Source: Bacillota bacterium (GTDB lineage Bacteria > Bacillota > DTU030). From it: a DNA stretch of 50,624 nt. The DNA is taken from contig JAAYTH010000047.1 of NCBI GenBank assembly GCA_012523785.1, positions 1-50,624 of the forward strand, in the 5' to 3' direction. The number at the start of each line of letters is the position of its first letter. Positions within the stretch are counted from its first letter, which is position 1. The notes under the pieces are model-generated. The model did no database searches. It saw only the letters and a program-made list of their open reading frames with translations, and was not told the origin of the DNA. Shown here piece by piece: positions 16,621 through 25,300 of this stretch. A program made the position numbers and the translations under genes.

Positions 16621-18132
16621 GTGGTTCACATTAATAAAAGTGTTATTTCCCGCTGCCTACTTGTTATTTTGGCTACCTTTATGTTTGCCAGCTTATTGGC
16701 CCTTGCCCTAACACCGCTTGTGGAGGCTGCCAGCGGTGATCTGGAAATAACCGGCCCTGGTCTTAATGGGAGAAGAATTATTATCAGCCAAGGCCAGTTG
16801 CGGGGCACAGAACCCCTATTTTTCCCGGATGGTACAATGGTTGAACAAGAGGAAGAATGGTACAGTGCTATCAATACTTGGCCCAGTAAGATCTGGTACC
16901 GGGGTCAGGGCATCAAGTTGAGGGACCTTCTCAGAGCTGCCGGCGGGGTTAATGAACAGGCTACACTTATCAAGTTTACTGCTAGGGATGGTTTAACTAT
17001 GACCTTTACCCTAGAGGAGTTAATAAATGAACCCGCCTATCGTTTCCCCAATTTTATGGATGGTGGTTTAGAGGGCCATCTTCCCGGTGATCCTTCGGGG
17101 GCAGTACAGGTGGAACCCCTCCTCGCCCATAAGAGTTTTTCCCATCATAAAAAACTAACAATTATGACGGAAGAAAATGAATTAACTGGCAGTGATGCCC
17201 CCCATCTCCTCTTTGGACAGCGGGCGATAACCCAACAAAACAATGCCCGTTTTATCAAGCAGGTAACAAAAATTGAGATACTTACAGATGAAATTGATAA
17301 ATGGGACAAGCCCAGCGTTTCTCCGGCCCCGGGGTTAGTGGCGGCCGGAACCTTGGTGAAACTTTGCGGGCCCTATGGGGATGAAGATAAGGTTCACTAT
17401 ACTATAGATGGCAGCAAGCCAGGCCTAGGGAGCCCTATGTATAACCTGGTTGCCAGCCGCTGGTGGTCCTCCCGCCGCGATTTAGATGACATCAACCGCC
17501 CCATAGAAATTACTGAGGACACAACTATTAAGGCTGTGACAATTGGGCCTGGTAAAGCAGATAGCGATATTGTCAGCTTTATCTTTAGGGTAAAAGAAGA
17601 CGAGGAAGAGACAGGCAAAACCCTTACTGATATTAATGGTCATTGGGCCCAAAATAATATCATTAAACTTGTTAACCGCGGTGCCATCAGTGGCTATATC
17701 GATGGCACCTTTAGGCCAGATCATATTATTACCAGGGCCGAGTATGTTACCGTGCTTTTGAAGGCCTTTCAAATGGAGGGAGAGGGGGAAAGGGTGTTTG
17801 CCGATACAAAATCCCATTGGGCCAAGGGATATATCGCTGCAGCGGTAGCTAAGGGTATTGACGACGGATATGACAGCACTACCTTTGGCCCCGATGATGT
17901 TATTACCCGGGAACAGATGGCAGTAATGGTGGCCCGGGCGGCCAATTTGGCAGCCCCTGGGAATAGGATTTCCTTTGCCGACGGAGATAAGATTTCCCCC
18001 GGGGCTGTGGACAGGGTGGCGGCGGCGGTGGAAAAAGGCATAATTAGGGGATACCCTGACAACACCTTCCGCCCCCAAGGCAGTGCCAGCAGGGCTGAGG
18101 CCGTTACCATTATTACCCGGGCACTGCCCTAG
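16621..18132 (+). CDS. Secreted surface protein, paralog A: SUOX-fold molybdopterin-binding-like domain, then a chitobiase/hexosaminidase-C-like (Fn3-associated) domain, then 3 SLH domains
   Basis: The ORF-track start at 16534 lies inside the terminator. I therefore prefer the in-frame GTG at 16621, which has GGGGTG 7 nt upstream. Signal peptide: CLLVILATFMFASLLALALTPLVEAASG. Motifs: LEITGPG...YSAINTWPSKIWYRGQGIKLRDLL...FTARDG...LLFGQRAITQQ...KIEILT. Also VHYTIDGSKPGLGSPMYN. The C-terminal repeats are SLH-type: HWAQNNIIKLVNRGAISGYIDGTFRPDHIITRAEY, SHWAKGYIAAAVAKGI, ISPGAVDRVAAAVEKGIIRGYPDNTFRPQGSASRAEA. Confidence 0.85.
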   Translation: MVHINKSVISRCLLVILATFMFASLLALALTPLVEAASGDLEITGPGLNGRRIIISQGQLRGTEPLFFPDGTMVEQEEEWYSAINTWPSKIWYRGQGIKLRDLLRAAGGVNEQATLIKFTARDGLTMTFTLEELINEPAYRFPNFMDGGLEGHLPGDPSGAVQVEPLLAHKSFSHHKKLTIMTEENELTGSDAPHLLFGQRAITQQNNARFIKQVTKIEILTDEIDKWDKPSVSPAPGLVAAGTLVKLCGPYGDEDKVHYTIDGSKPGLGSPMYNLVASRWWSSRRDLDDINRPIEITEDTTIKAVTIGPGKADSDIVSFIFRVKEDEEETGKTLTDINGHWAQNNIIKLVNRGAISGYIDGTFRPDHIITRAEYVTVLLKAFQMEGEGERVFADTKSHWAKGYIAAAVAKGIDDGYDSTTFGPDDVITREQMAVMVARAANLAAPGNRISFADGDKISPGAVDRVAAAVEKGIIRGYPDNTFRPQGSASRAEAVTIITRALP

Positions 18133-18241
18133 CAAACAATAGTAACTGCTTAGTGGCACCCACTGATGTCATTCTGGGCAAAGCGAAGGATCAGGGCCAT
18201 GGTTATTAATCAGACAGCAGAAGGGCCAGGGGAAGGAAGTT

Positions 18242-19846
18242 ATGATGGGTTTTACTAGAATATTGGCAGCAAATCATAAAATATCAGCGTCGGCCCTATT
18301 CCTACTGCTGTTCTTTTTTTTGCTTCCATCTGCCTCCGCCAGTGCCGAACCTGGTGGGGCCTTGGAAATCATTGGCCCTGGGGTGGAAACCCCCGGGACA
18401 TTTAAGCTCTCTGAACTGGAGGCCAGGGAGCAATATGAACATATTTACAGTGCTGTAAATACCTACCCCACCAAGCAGTGGTATGTAGCCCGGGGTGTTT
18501 TATTAAAAGATTTGCTTGGGTCCCTTGGCCTTAGGGATGAGGCAACCCTAATCCGTTTTTATTCCCAGGATGGCTATGATGTTGTTTTTACGGTACAAGA
18601 ATTGCTGGTGGACAAGCGCTACTATTTCCCTAAATTAAAGGACAATCATCCCAGTGATGGAAGTGTTCCCGGGTCTTCAGAAGATGCGGAAGAGGTAGAA
18701 ACAATTTTAGCCCTGGTCAGTGCTGAGGGAAGTGATAACCCGGAACATATGAATACAAAGGATACCCTACAGCTTATCCTGGGACAGCGGGCAGTGACGG
18801 AACAAGTAAGCACCTTGTTTGTGAAAAACATAAACAAGATTGAGGTACTAACCAAAGAGCTGGAACAATGGGATCGGCCGCGGATGAATGTGCCGGAGGG
18901 TTTTGTGCTGCCTCCGGGGGCAAAATTAATTTTACAGAACAAGAACTCTGATACCGACAAAATTTATTATACTATTGATGGCAGTACCCCCACTGTGGAT
19001 AGTCCCATGTTTAACTGGAGTGCCAGCCGCTGGTGGCCTCTGCGGGGAGATCTGGATAAGATCAATGCCCCCCTTAAAATTACAGATGACATCTTAAAAG
19101 ACCATGATAAACAAACCCTCACCATTAAGGCCCGGACCATAGGGCCGGGAAAGAAAGATAGCGATATAGTCACCTTTACCTTCTATATAGATCCTGACGC
19201 AGTTGATCCCACATTGGAGACAGGGGGGCCTACTACTGGGGTTTTTCTTGATCGGCAGGAGATTGAACTCCCGGTTGGAGGCACCTTCCAATTGGAGGCT
19301 AGGGTGGAACCTTTTAATGCGGACAACAAACATTTGATCTGGCGTTCCAATGATACCACGGTGGCCGTGGTAGATACCCAAGGTTTGGTGACAATGGTGG
19401 GTACAGGCAGTGCTGTTATCACCGTTGAAACTGTGGAAGGGGGCCACAGGGCTACTTGTCTTATCAATGGTACAGGTGGGGAAGAGGAGGATAAGATTGA
19501 AGTCGAGGAATACCTTGTGGAAGGGGATAATAATGTAAAAGCAGATCCCGTCGAAGGCGGGGGGGTAGATCCTGCTGAAACTGCCCCGTCCCCTGTGTCC
19601 GATGAAAGGTTATCCACAGATAGGTGGCAATACCTGATAAGCAGAGATGAATTATCTAGCCCAACAATAGATGGAACTCCGGGGAAAGAACAAGCCCCTT
19701 TAGGGCAACAAATATTTGCGATGTCGGTGGTAAATCCCACCCCCTTACAGGCGGATAACCATGAATTATCCACCACCTTGATTTTTCTATTTTTACTTCT
19801 TTCCGGTGCTGGTATAAAATACAGCGAATATGTGAAGGAGCTATAG
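18242..19846 (+). CDS. Secreted surface protein, paralog B: same N-terminal two-domain core, then a Big_2-like Ig domain, a low-complexity linker and a C-terminal transmembrane anchor
   Basis: Signal peptide: ALFLLLFFFLLPSASASAEPGG. Core motifs: YSAVNTYPTKQWYVARGVLLKDLL, YSQDGY, LILGQRAVTEQ, KIEVLT, IYYTIDGSTPTVDSPMFN. Big_2-like segment: LPVGGTFQLEARVEPFNADNKHLIWRSNDTTVAVVDTQGLVTMVGTGSAVITV. C-terminal hydrophobic tail: TTLIFLFLLLSGAGI followed by KYSEYVKEL. Confidence 0.85.
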   Translation: MMGFTRILAANHKISASALFLLLFFFLLPSASASAEPGGALEIIGPGVETPGTFKLSELEAREQYEHIYSAVNTYPTKQWYVARGVLLKDLLGSLGLRDEATLIRFYSQDGYDVVFTVQELLVDKRYYFPKLKDNHPSDGSVPGSSEDAEEVETILALVSAEGSDNPEHMNTKDTLQLILGQRAVTEQVSTLFVKNINKIEVLTKELEQWDRPRMNVPEGFVLPPGAKLILQNKNSDTDKIYYTIDGSTPTVDSPMFNWSASRWWPLRGDLDKINAPLKITDDILKDHDKQTLTIKARTIGPGKKDSDIVTFTFYIDPDAVDPTLETGGPTTGVFLDRQEIELPVGGTFQLEARVEPFNADNKHLIWRSNDTTVAVVDTQGLVTMVGTGSAVITVETVEGGHRATCLINGTGGEEEDKIEVEEYLVEGDNNVKADPVEGGGVDPAETAPSPVSDERLSTDRWQYLISRDELSSPTIDGTPGKEQAPLGQQIFAMSVVNPTPLQADNHELSTTLIFLFLLLSGAGIKYSEYVKEL

Positions 19847-19851
19847 TCAAA

Positions 19852-20505
19852 ATGAATGGGCCCATATTGATCTACCTCAAGGATATGCTTCACGGCATTG
19901 CTAGCGGCCTATTAATACCAACCATAATCATCCTTATCTGCTTTTTGGCCTTGTCAGTGGTGGAATTAGGCGGTTTGCTAGTAGAAATCATAATGGAAAG
20001 ACGTCGGGAAAAAACAAATGTACCCCAATTAATAAGTGCCCTGCCGGGAAAAGGTGCTGTGGAGATAATGGCTAAAATAGAACAAAGCTCCCTTTTTCTT
20101 CGGCAGAAGGAAGTTATTGCCGAGATAATCCGCCATAGGGAATTGCCATCTGCTTCTTTGCGCGCCCTGGCTCGACGCCTTCTATCGGCAGAGGAAAGCC
20201 ATTTTACCAGCATAACTGATAGAACTGATCTAGTGGCCCGCTTGGCCCCTATGTTGGGCCTAATGGGCACCCTTATACCCCTAGGACCGGGCATAATTGC
20301 CCTGGGTCAAGGTGATACCCAAACCCTGGCCAGTTCCCTGCTCATTGCCTTTGATACCACTGTAGCAGGCCTGGCCGCCGCTGGCGTTGCCTACGGCATA
20401 TCCCGGCTGCGGAAAAGATGGTATGAGGAGCAGATCAATACATTGGCAGCACTGTTGGAAAGTTTGCTGGAGGTGTTTGAAAATGGACGGGGGCTTGCGG
20501 AATAG
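19852..20505 (+). CDS. MotA/TolQ/ExbB-family proton-channel protein
   Basis: 217 aa. There is an N-terminal TM segment (LLIPTIIILICFLALSVVELGGLLV). The C-terminal two-TM channel core is LAPMLGLMGTLIPLGPGIIALGQGD...LLIAFDTTVAGLAAAGVAYGISRL, typical of MotA_ExbB. The gap to the preceding gene is 5 nt. Confidence 0.85.
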   Translation: MNGPILIYLKDMLHGIASGLLIPTIIILICFLALSVVELGGLLVEIIMERRREKTNVPQLISALPGKGAVEIMAKIEQSSLFLRQKEVIAEIIRHRELPSASLRALARRLLSAEESHFTSITDRTDLVARLAPMLGLMGTLIPLGPGIIALGQGDTQTLASSLLIAFDTTVAGLAAAGVAYGISRLRKRWYEEQINTLAALLESLLEVFENGRGLAE

Positions 20506-20815
20506 AAGGTACAGCGGCCTTGGAAGGAAGGAAGACATCAATCCCCTGGAAGGGGTCATCAATGTTGCCGATATCATGCTGGTTTTTGCCTGTGGTTTGA
20601 TGTTGGCCTTGGCTGTCTATTGGAATATTGATCTGGGCCCGGTAGGGGAACGAATTGATCTCCACAAGGGGCAGGAAATGACAGAGGACCCAAAAATACG
20701 GGACGATTTGGTGGAAAGTCCGGACCAGGGCGGCAGGTATGAACGGGTTGGTACTGTATACAAGGACCCGGCCACGGGACAGCTTTTTATGCTCACTGAA
20801 GGTGAGGGAAAATAG
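20483..20815 (+). CDS. Small single-pass membrane protein, DUF2149-like / ExbD-TolR-analogous partner of the preceding channel protein
   Basis: I chose the ATG at 20483, which has GGAGGTG 7 nt upstream and overlaps the upstream gene by 23 nt. The sequence MDGGLRNRRYSGLGRKEDINPLEGVINVADIMLVFACGLMLALAVYW resembles the ExbD/TolR N-terminal pattern (short charged tail, INxxPhxDVxhVhhhhh TM helix). A soluble tail follows (YERVGTVYKDPATGQLFML). The family assignment is from memory. Confidence 0.6.
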   Translation: MDGGLRNRRYSGLGRKEDINPLEGVINVADIMLVFACGLMLALAVYWNIDLGPVGERIDLHKGQEMTEDPKIRDDLVESPDQGGRYERVGTVYKDPATGQLFMLTEGEGK

Positions 20816-20894
20816 TTTTTCCCCGCCGCTAAAGTACATATTCGGATGGTGTTGTGTAAACCCAACAATATAAAAAAGGGGGAGAACAGGGCCC

Positions 20895-22274
20895 ATGGTA
20901 TCAAATAAAAAAGACACTACCCTAGTTGCAAGGCCGGCCCCGGACCCGGGGAAAAAACTTTATTTATTTGGTCCCTTGTTTTTTCTTGTTGCCGGGGTTC
21001 TATTGTTTTCCTTGGTACTGGATCTATCCTTGGGGGCGATGGTTTTTGCTAGCCCCGATTCCCTGATAATTGCCGGGGAAGGGGTGAAGGAGGAAGTGAT
21101 CTTTACCCGGGAAGAATTAGAGGAAATGGAACGGGAGCAATGTCTTTACAGTTCTATAAATACTTGGCCCACCAAGAAGTGGTATGTGGGAGAAGGAATA
21201 AAGCTTATGGATTTGCTCCACCAGGCGGGCCTCAAAAAAGAGGCCACCCTCTTGAGATTCACCGCAGCCGATGGTTTTACCGTGGATTTAACTTATAAGG
21301 AGTTGTTTGAAGACCAGCGTTACTGTTTTCCCAATTTTAAGAAAGGGGCCGCCAGTGGGGAGGGACATGTACCCGGCAGTGCATCTAATGCTGTGGCAGT
21401 GGAACCCATCATTGCCCTTTATGCCGTGGAGGGAAGCAGTGACCCCGAATATATGAGTACCCTATATTCACCCCAGCTGATGTTAGGGCAACGGGCAGTG
21501 ACAGAGCAGACGGGAAACTTATTTGTCAAGTACTTACATAAAATTGAGGTTCTTACCGATGACCTAGAACGGTGGGATGTGCCCCGGGGAAACCCTCCGG
21601 CGGGCCAGGTACCCAAGGGCAGCATGGTAGCCTTGAGCAATGATAACTGTGATGATGACAAGATTTATTACACCCTGGACGGCAGCACCCCCACCATTAA
21701 CAGTCCCATGTACAACTGGATTGCCAGCCGCTGGTGGTCAACCCGGGCGGAAGAATTAGGCACCATCAACCATCCCTTGGGGCCTCTAGTGGAGGACACC
21801 ACCATTAAGGCTGTTACCATTGGTCCCGGCAAGTTGGACAGCGAAGTGGCTGTTTTCCACTATCGGCTGGAAGGTGGGGAAGGGGATAAGGGAACCACCA
21901 TCCTTTTGACCATTGGTGAATATGAAGTTGATGTGGATGGTGAAATTATTTACCTAGATGCTGTCCCCTTTATCAAGCCCGGTGTCGACCGCACCCTGGT
22001 ACCGATACGTTTTATTGCCAAAGCCTTTGGTGTTGATATTGCTTGGAATCCCGAGGCCAGGCTAGTTATCATCAGCCTGGATGGTAAGGAGGTGGTCCTG
22101 GAGATCAACTCTAGCCAAGTGTATGTCAACGGGCTAGCCCGGACCATTGAATGTCCAGCTGAATTGCATCCTCCGGGCCGCACCTTTGTACCCCTGCGTT
22201 TTATCAGCGATATTTTGGGGGCCAAAAGTGTAGATTATGATGGGGAAAGCAGGCAGATAAGTATTATTTGGTAA
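20895..22274 (+). CDS. Surface protein, paralog C: N-terminal TM/signal anchor, the same two-domain core, and a C-terminal copper-amine-oxidase-N-like (stalk) domain
   Basis: TM segment: LYLFGPLFFLVAGVLLFSLVLDLSLGAMVFA. Core motifs: YSSINTWPTKKWYVGEGIKLMDLL, FTAADGF, LMLGQRAVTEQ, KIEVLT, IYYTLDGSTPTINSPMYN. The C-terminal segment is DRTLVPIRFIAKAFGVDIAWNPEARLVIISLDGKEVVLEINS...GRTFVPLRFISDILGAKSVDYD, which is the Cu_amine_oxidN1-type repeat pattern. Confidence 0.85.
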   Translation: MVSNKKDTTLVARPAPDPGKKLYLFGPLFFLVAGVLLFSLVLDLSLGAMVFASPDSLIIAGEGVKEEVIFTREELEEMEREQCLYSSINTWPTKKWYVGEGIKLMDLLHQAGLKKEATLLRFTAADGFTVDLTYKELFEDQRYCFPNFKKGAASGEGHVPGSASNAVAVEPIIALYAVEGSSDPEYMSTLYSPQLMLGQRAVTEQTGNLFVKYLHKIEVLTDDLERWDVPRGNPPAGQVPKGSMVALSNDNCDDDKIYYTLDGSTPTINSPMYNWIASRWWSTRAEELGTINHPLGPLVEDTTIKAVTIGPGKLDSEVAVFHYRLEGGEGDKGTTILLTIGEYEVDVDGEIIYLDAVPFIKPGVDRTLVPIRFIAKAFGVDIAWNPEARLVIISLDGKEVVLEINSSQVYVNGLARTIECPAELHPPGRTFVPLRFISDILGAKSVDYDGESRQISIIW

Positions 22275-22376
22275 GGAAGCGGTTTGTTTTACAACCGTGT
22301 CTATTTTTTTGCTGGGGAGGTGATGTATCCGTTTTGCTTATGTCACCCGGGTAAAATATTATCAGGAGGTAGTAAT

Positions 22377-25300
22377 ATGCCAAAAAAGGTGAATAGGATA
22401 TCTGTACAGAAGGTTTTATCACTTATCTTGGGGTTACTTTTGCTTTTGAGTGGGGCTGGACAATTGACGGTACTTCCCGCCCGGGCCGCCGGAATGGAGG
22501 TACTTTATGAAGGACGGATTGACTTGCCAGCGGGCGAAACCTTTGCTGTAACAGCCTATAACTCAGGGGTATCTTATACGGTGGACATGGATACTCCCTT
22601 GGGGGCCCTCCAAATAGCGGGAGACCTGGCAGGCTTTGAGTATGATGTTACCGACAAGAACATTGATGCCTCGGGTGCCTTATTGCTGGACAATGTGGGC
22701 CAATATGAGCGGAAACCGGGCTATTGGTATGCTTATGTCAATGGTGCCTACAAGGATGGTTTTAACAATCCCGCCGGGGCCCTGAACCTTATTAAGCTCA
22801 CTAATGGCGATGAAGTTGAATTCTATTATGCTGCCGATGTAAAGGGCAAAGAAGAAGATTTAGCTGCTGTTCAAGGGGCTGCCATAGCAGCGGTCATAGC
22901 CCACATAGGAACAGATGGGGCAGCGGTTACGGATACAGGGGAAAAGACAGATGTGGATGTCACCCAAGATGACTGGACCCTGCAGCTTTCAGGTGCCCGG
23001 GAAGAAACGGTTAGCAGGAGCTACTTTGAAGAGGGATTAGCCTGTCATTCAAGCCATCAGGTGTTTTGGACCGATGAGGATGGCAATGAATGGGGTGGGG
23101 TACCCCTTTGGCTCTTGGTGGCCATGGTGGATGACGATCCGGATGAAGGATCGGCCCATTACAACTTTAATGATGAACTGGCAAATGAAGGCTATACCAT
23201 CGACGTTATTGCCGGTGATGGTTGGAAGGCTACCCTCGCTAGTGCAGACATCGCCCGGGATGATGGCTATATTATTGCCAACACCTTAAATGGCAAACCC
23301 CTGCCCAAGGAAACGCCGGGGGGTAAAGACTGCTGGCCCCTCCATTTAAAGGGAGAAAAGATCTTTGGTGGCCAACAGGTGGGTAACATTGTCCGCATTG
23401 AACTGACCGGCCTGCCAAAACCAGTAGAAGGATGGACATTAGAGCTGGTGGGTAAGGTTGGAGATTCCATCACCCAGGAAGAATTTGAAAAGGGGCAAGT
23501 CTGTATCGGGACCAAGGACCACTATGCCGAGTGGACCGATAATGAAGGGAAAGTTTGGTCCGGTACCCCCCTATGGATATTGGCCGGTGCTGTAGATGAT
23601 ATTGAAGAAAGCACCCATTGGACCTTTAATGATGTCGTGGCCCAGGAGGGTTATACCATACGCGTAGAGGCCGAAGACGGATTTTCCAGGACTTTTTCCA
23701 GCCAAGATGTGGCCCGCAGTGGCGACTACATTGTTGCCGATCGGGTAGATGGTAAACCTCTTTCTGCCAAACACTGGCCCCTCCGTCTTGTCGGTCCTGG
23801 TGTGACCAAAGAGGATGGTTCCCTGGGTGGGGCCGCTGTCGGCAACATTGTTAAAATTACAATTCCCGAATTGCTTACGCCGGCGGCGGAGGGGGGCTCT
23901 TGGAATCTTACCCTTACCGGTGCAATTGACTATATCATGTCCCAGGCAGAATTTGAAGAGGGCCTAGCCTGCCATAAAAAAGAATGGATAGATGCCGAGG
24001 GCCAAGTCTGGTCCGGGATGCCCCTTTGGTACTTGGCGGGTTGGGTAGATGATAAGGTACCCCACGATTTTAATGTCAATCTGGCTAATGCCGGGTATAC
24101 AATCCATGTCAAGGCGGAGGATGGCTATACCAAGGATTTTGCCAGTCAAGATGTGGCCAAGAGCAGTGACTATATACTGGCCAATGAAGTAGATGGTGAA
24201 CCCTTAACTGAATCCTGGCCCCTACGCTTGGTCGGTGACGGTGTAGCTACAGATGGTTCCTTAGGTGGTCACAGTGTAGGTGGTGTGGCGACTGTAGCCT
24301 TGACTGATTTTGAGGCAGAAACGCCTGTACCAGAAATTCGGATCATAAAATACGGCGAAGATGGCCAAACCGTTCTGGCTGAGGAGACAGTAACCTACCA
24401 GTGGATGGAGGAAAACTTGGAAGTAATTGGTGATGGAAAAACTGTTTACAGATATGAAGGAATCATTTTTGACCCCGAAGATGAATGGGGTGATAATATT
24501 GCTGTCCCGAAGGATTTCAAAATTGAGAATGCCGTAAAGGGTACCCGGGTCAAGGATTTAGTGGAACTTGTCGGAGGGATGGGGGCTGGGACCGAAATTG
24601 TTTTTGTGGCCAAGGATGGCTGGGAAACCAGGTTACCCTATTCCAGTATTTATACAGACCCAATGGTGCAGGAACGTCAGGGTGACGCCATTCTGGCATG
24701 GTATTCCGATGGCGAATATGTACCCGACTACGCTGGAATTCGCCTCTTCTTTACCCCCGGTGGGGATCATATCTACCGGCAAAAAGATATGCGGGACACC
24801 CTTCCGGAGGCTTACTGGCACTATTACGGTAAGGGCGGTACATTACTTCCCTCCTGTGCCGGTTTATCGGCAAAATGGCTTGCGGAGGTTTGGGTTTATT
24901 CTATGCCGGAAAAGGATTGGACACTGAAGTTGGATGGCAGGGAGATCGGTGGGCTGGAATATGAGGTGAGCAAAACCTATTGGGAGCAGGGTCTGACCTG
25001 TCAGTTTGGTGCCAACCATAAGTCTTCTTACACCGATGATAAAGGACGGGTGTGGGAGGGAATGTCCCTTTGGCTTTTGGCCGGATTTGTCGATGATGAG
25101 GATCAGCACTCCGACCATGCCTTTAACACTGCGCTGGCCGAGGCTGGTTACAATATCCTCCTCACTGCTGCTGACGGTCATTCTGTGACGGTCCACAGCA
25201 CCGATATCATACGAAATAAGGATTATATTGTGGCCAGTATGTTAGATGGCCGAGCTATGTCAGAAGATGATAAACACTGGCCCCTGCGTTTGGTGGGCCC

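Noticed and set aside
19852-20815. Zorya-type anti-phage system (ZorA/ZorB are MotA/MotB-like)
   Set aside because: The channel protein is only 217 aa and lacks the long ZorA tail. The partner has no peptidoglycan-binding OmpA-like domain. There are no ZorC/D/E-like genes nearby. The context is surface proteins and a transporter.
17482-20917. Long antisense ORFs: 17482-18159 (225 aa), 19183-19893 (236 aa), 19890-20294 (134 aa) and 20435-20917 (160 aa)
   Set aside because: They are shadow ORFs opposite genes that have clear domain content (SLH, Big_2, MotA/ExbB). Their translations are low-complexity with no motifs. The whole cluster is otherwise uniformly on the plus strand.
22284-22376. The upstream 31 codons of the track ORF for the giant surface protein
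   Set aside because: The strong AGGAGG RBS and a classical signal peptide begin at the ATG at 22377. The upstream extension (MFYNRVYFFAGEVMYPFCLCHPG...) has no RBS and would bury the signal peptide.
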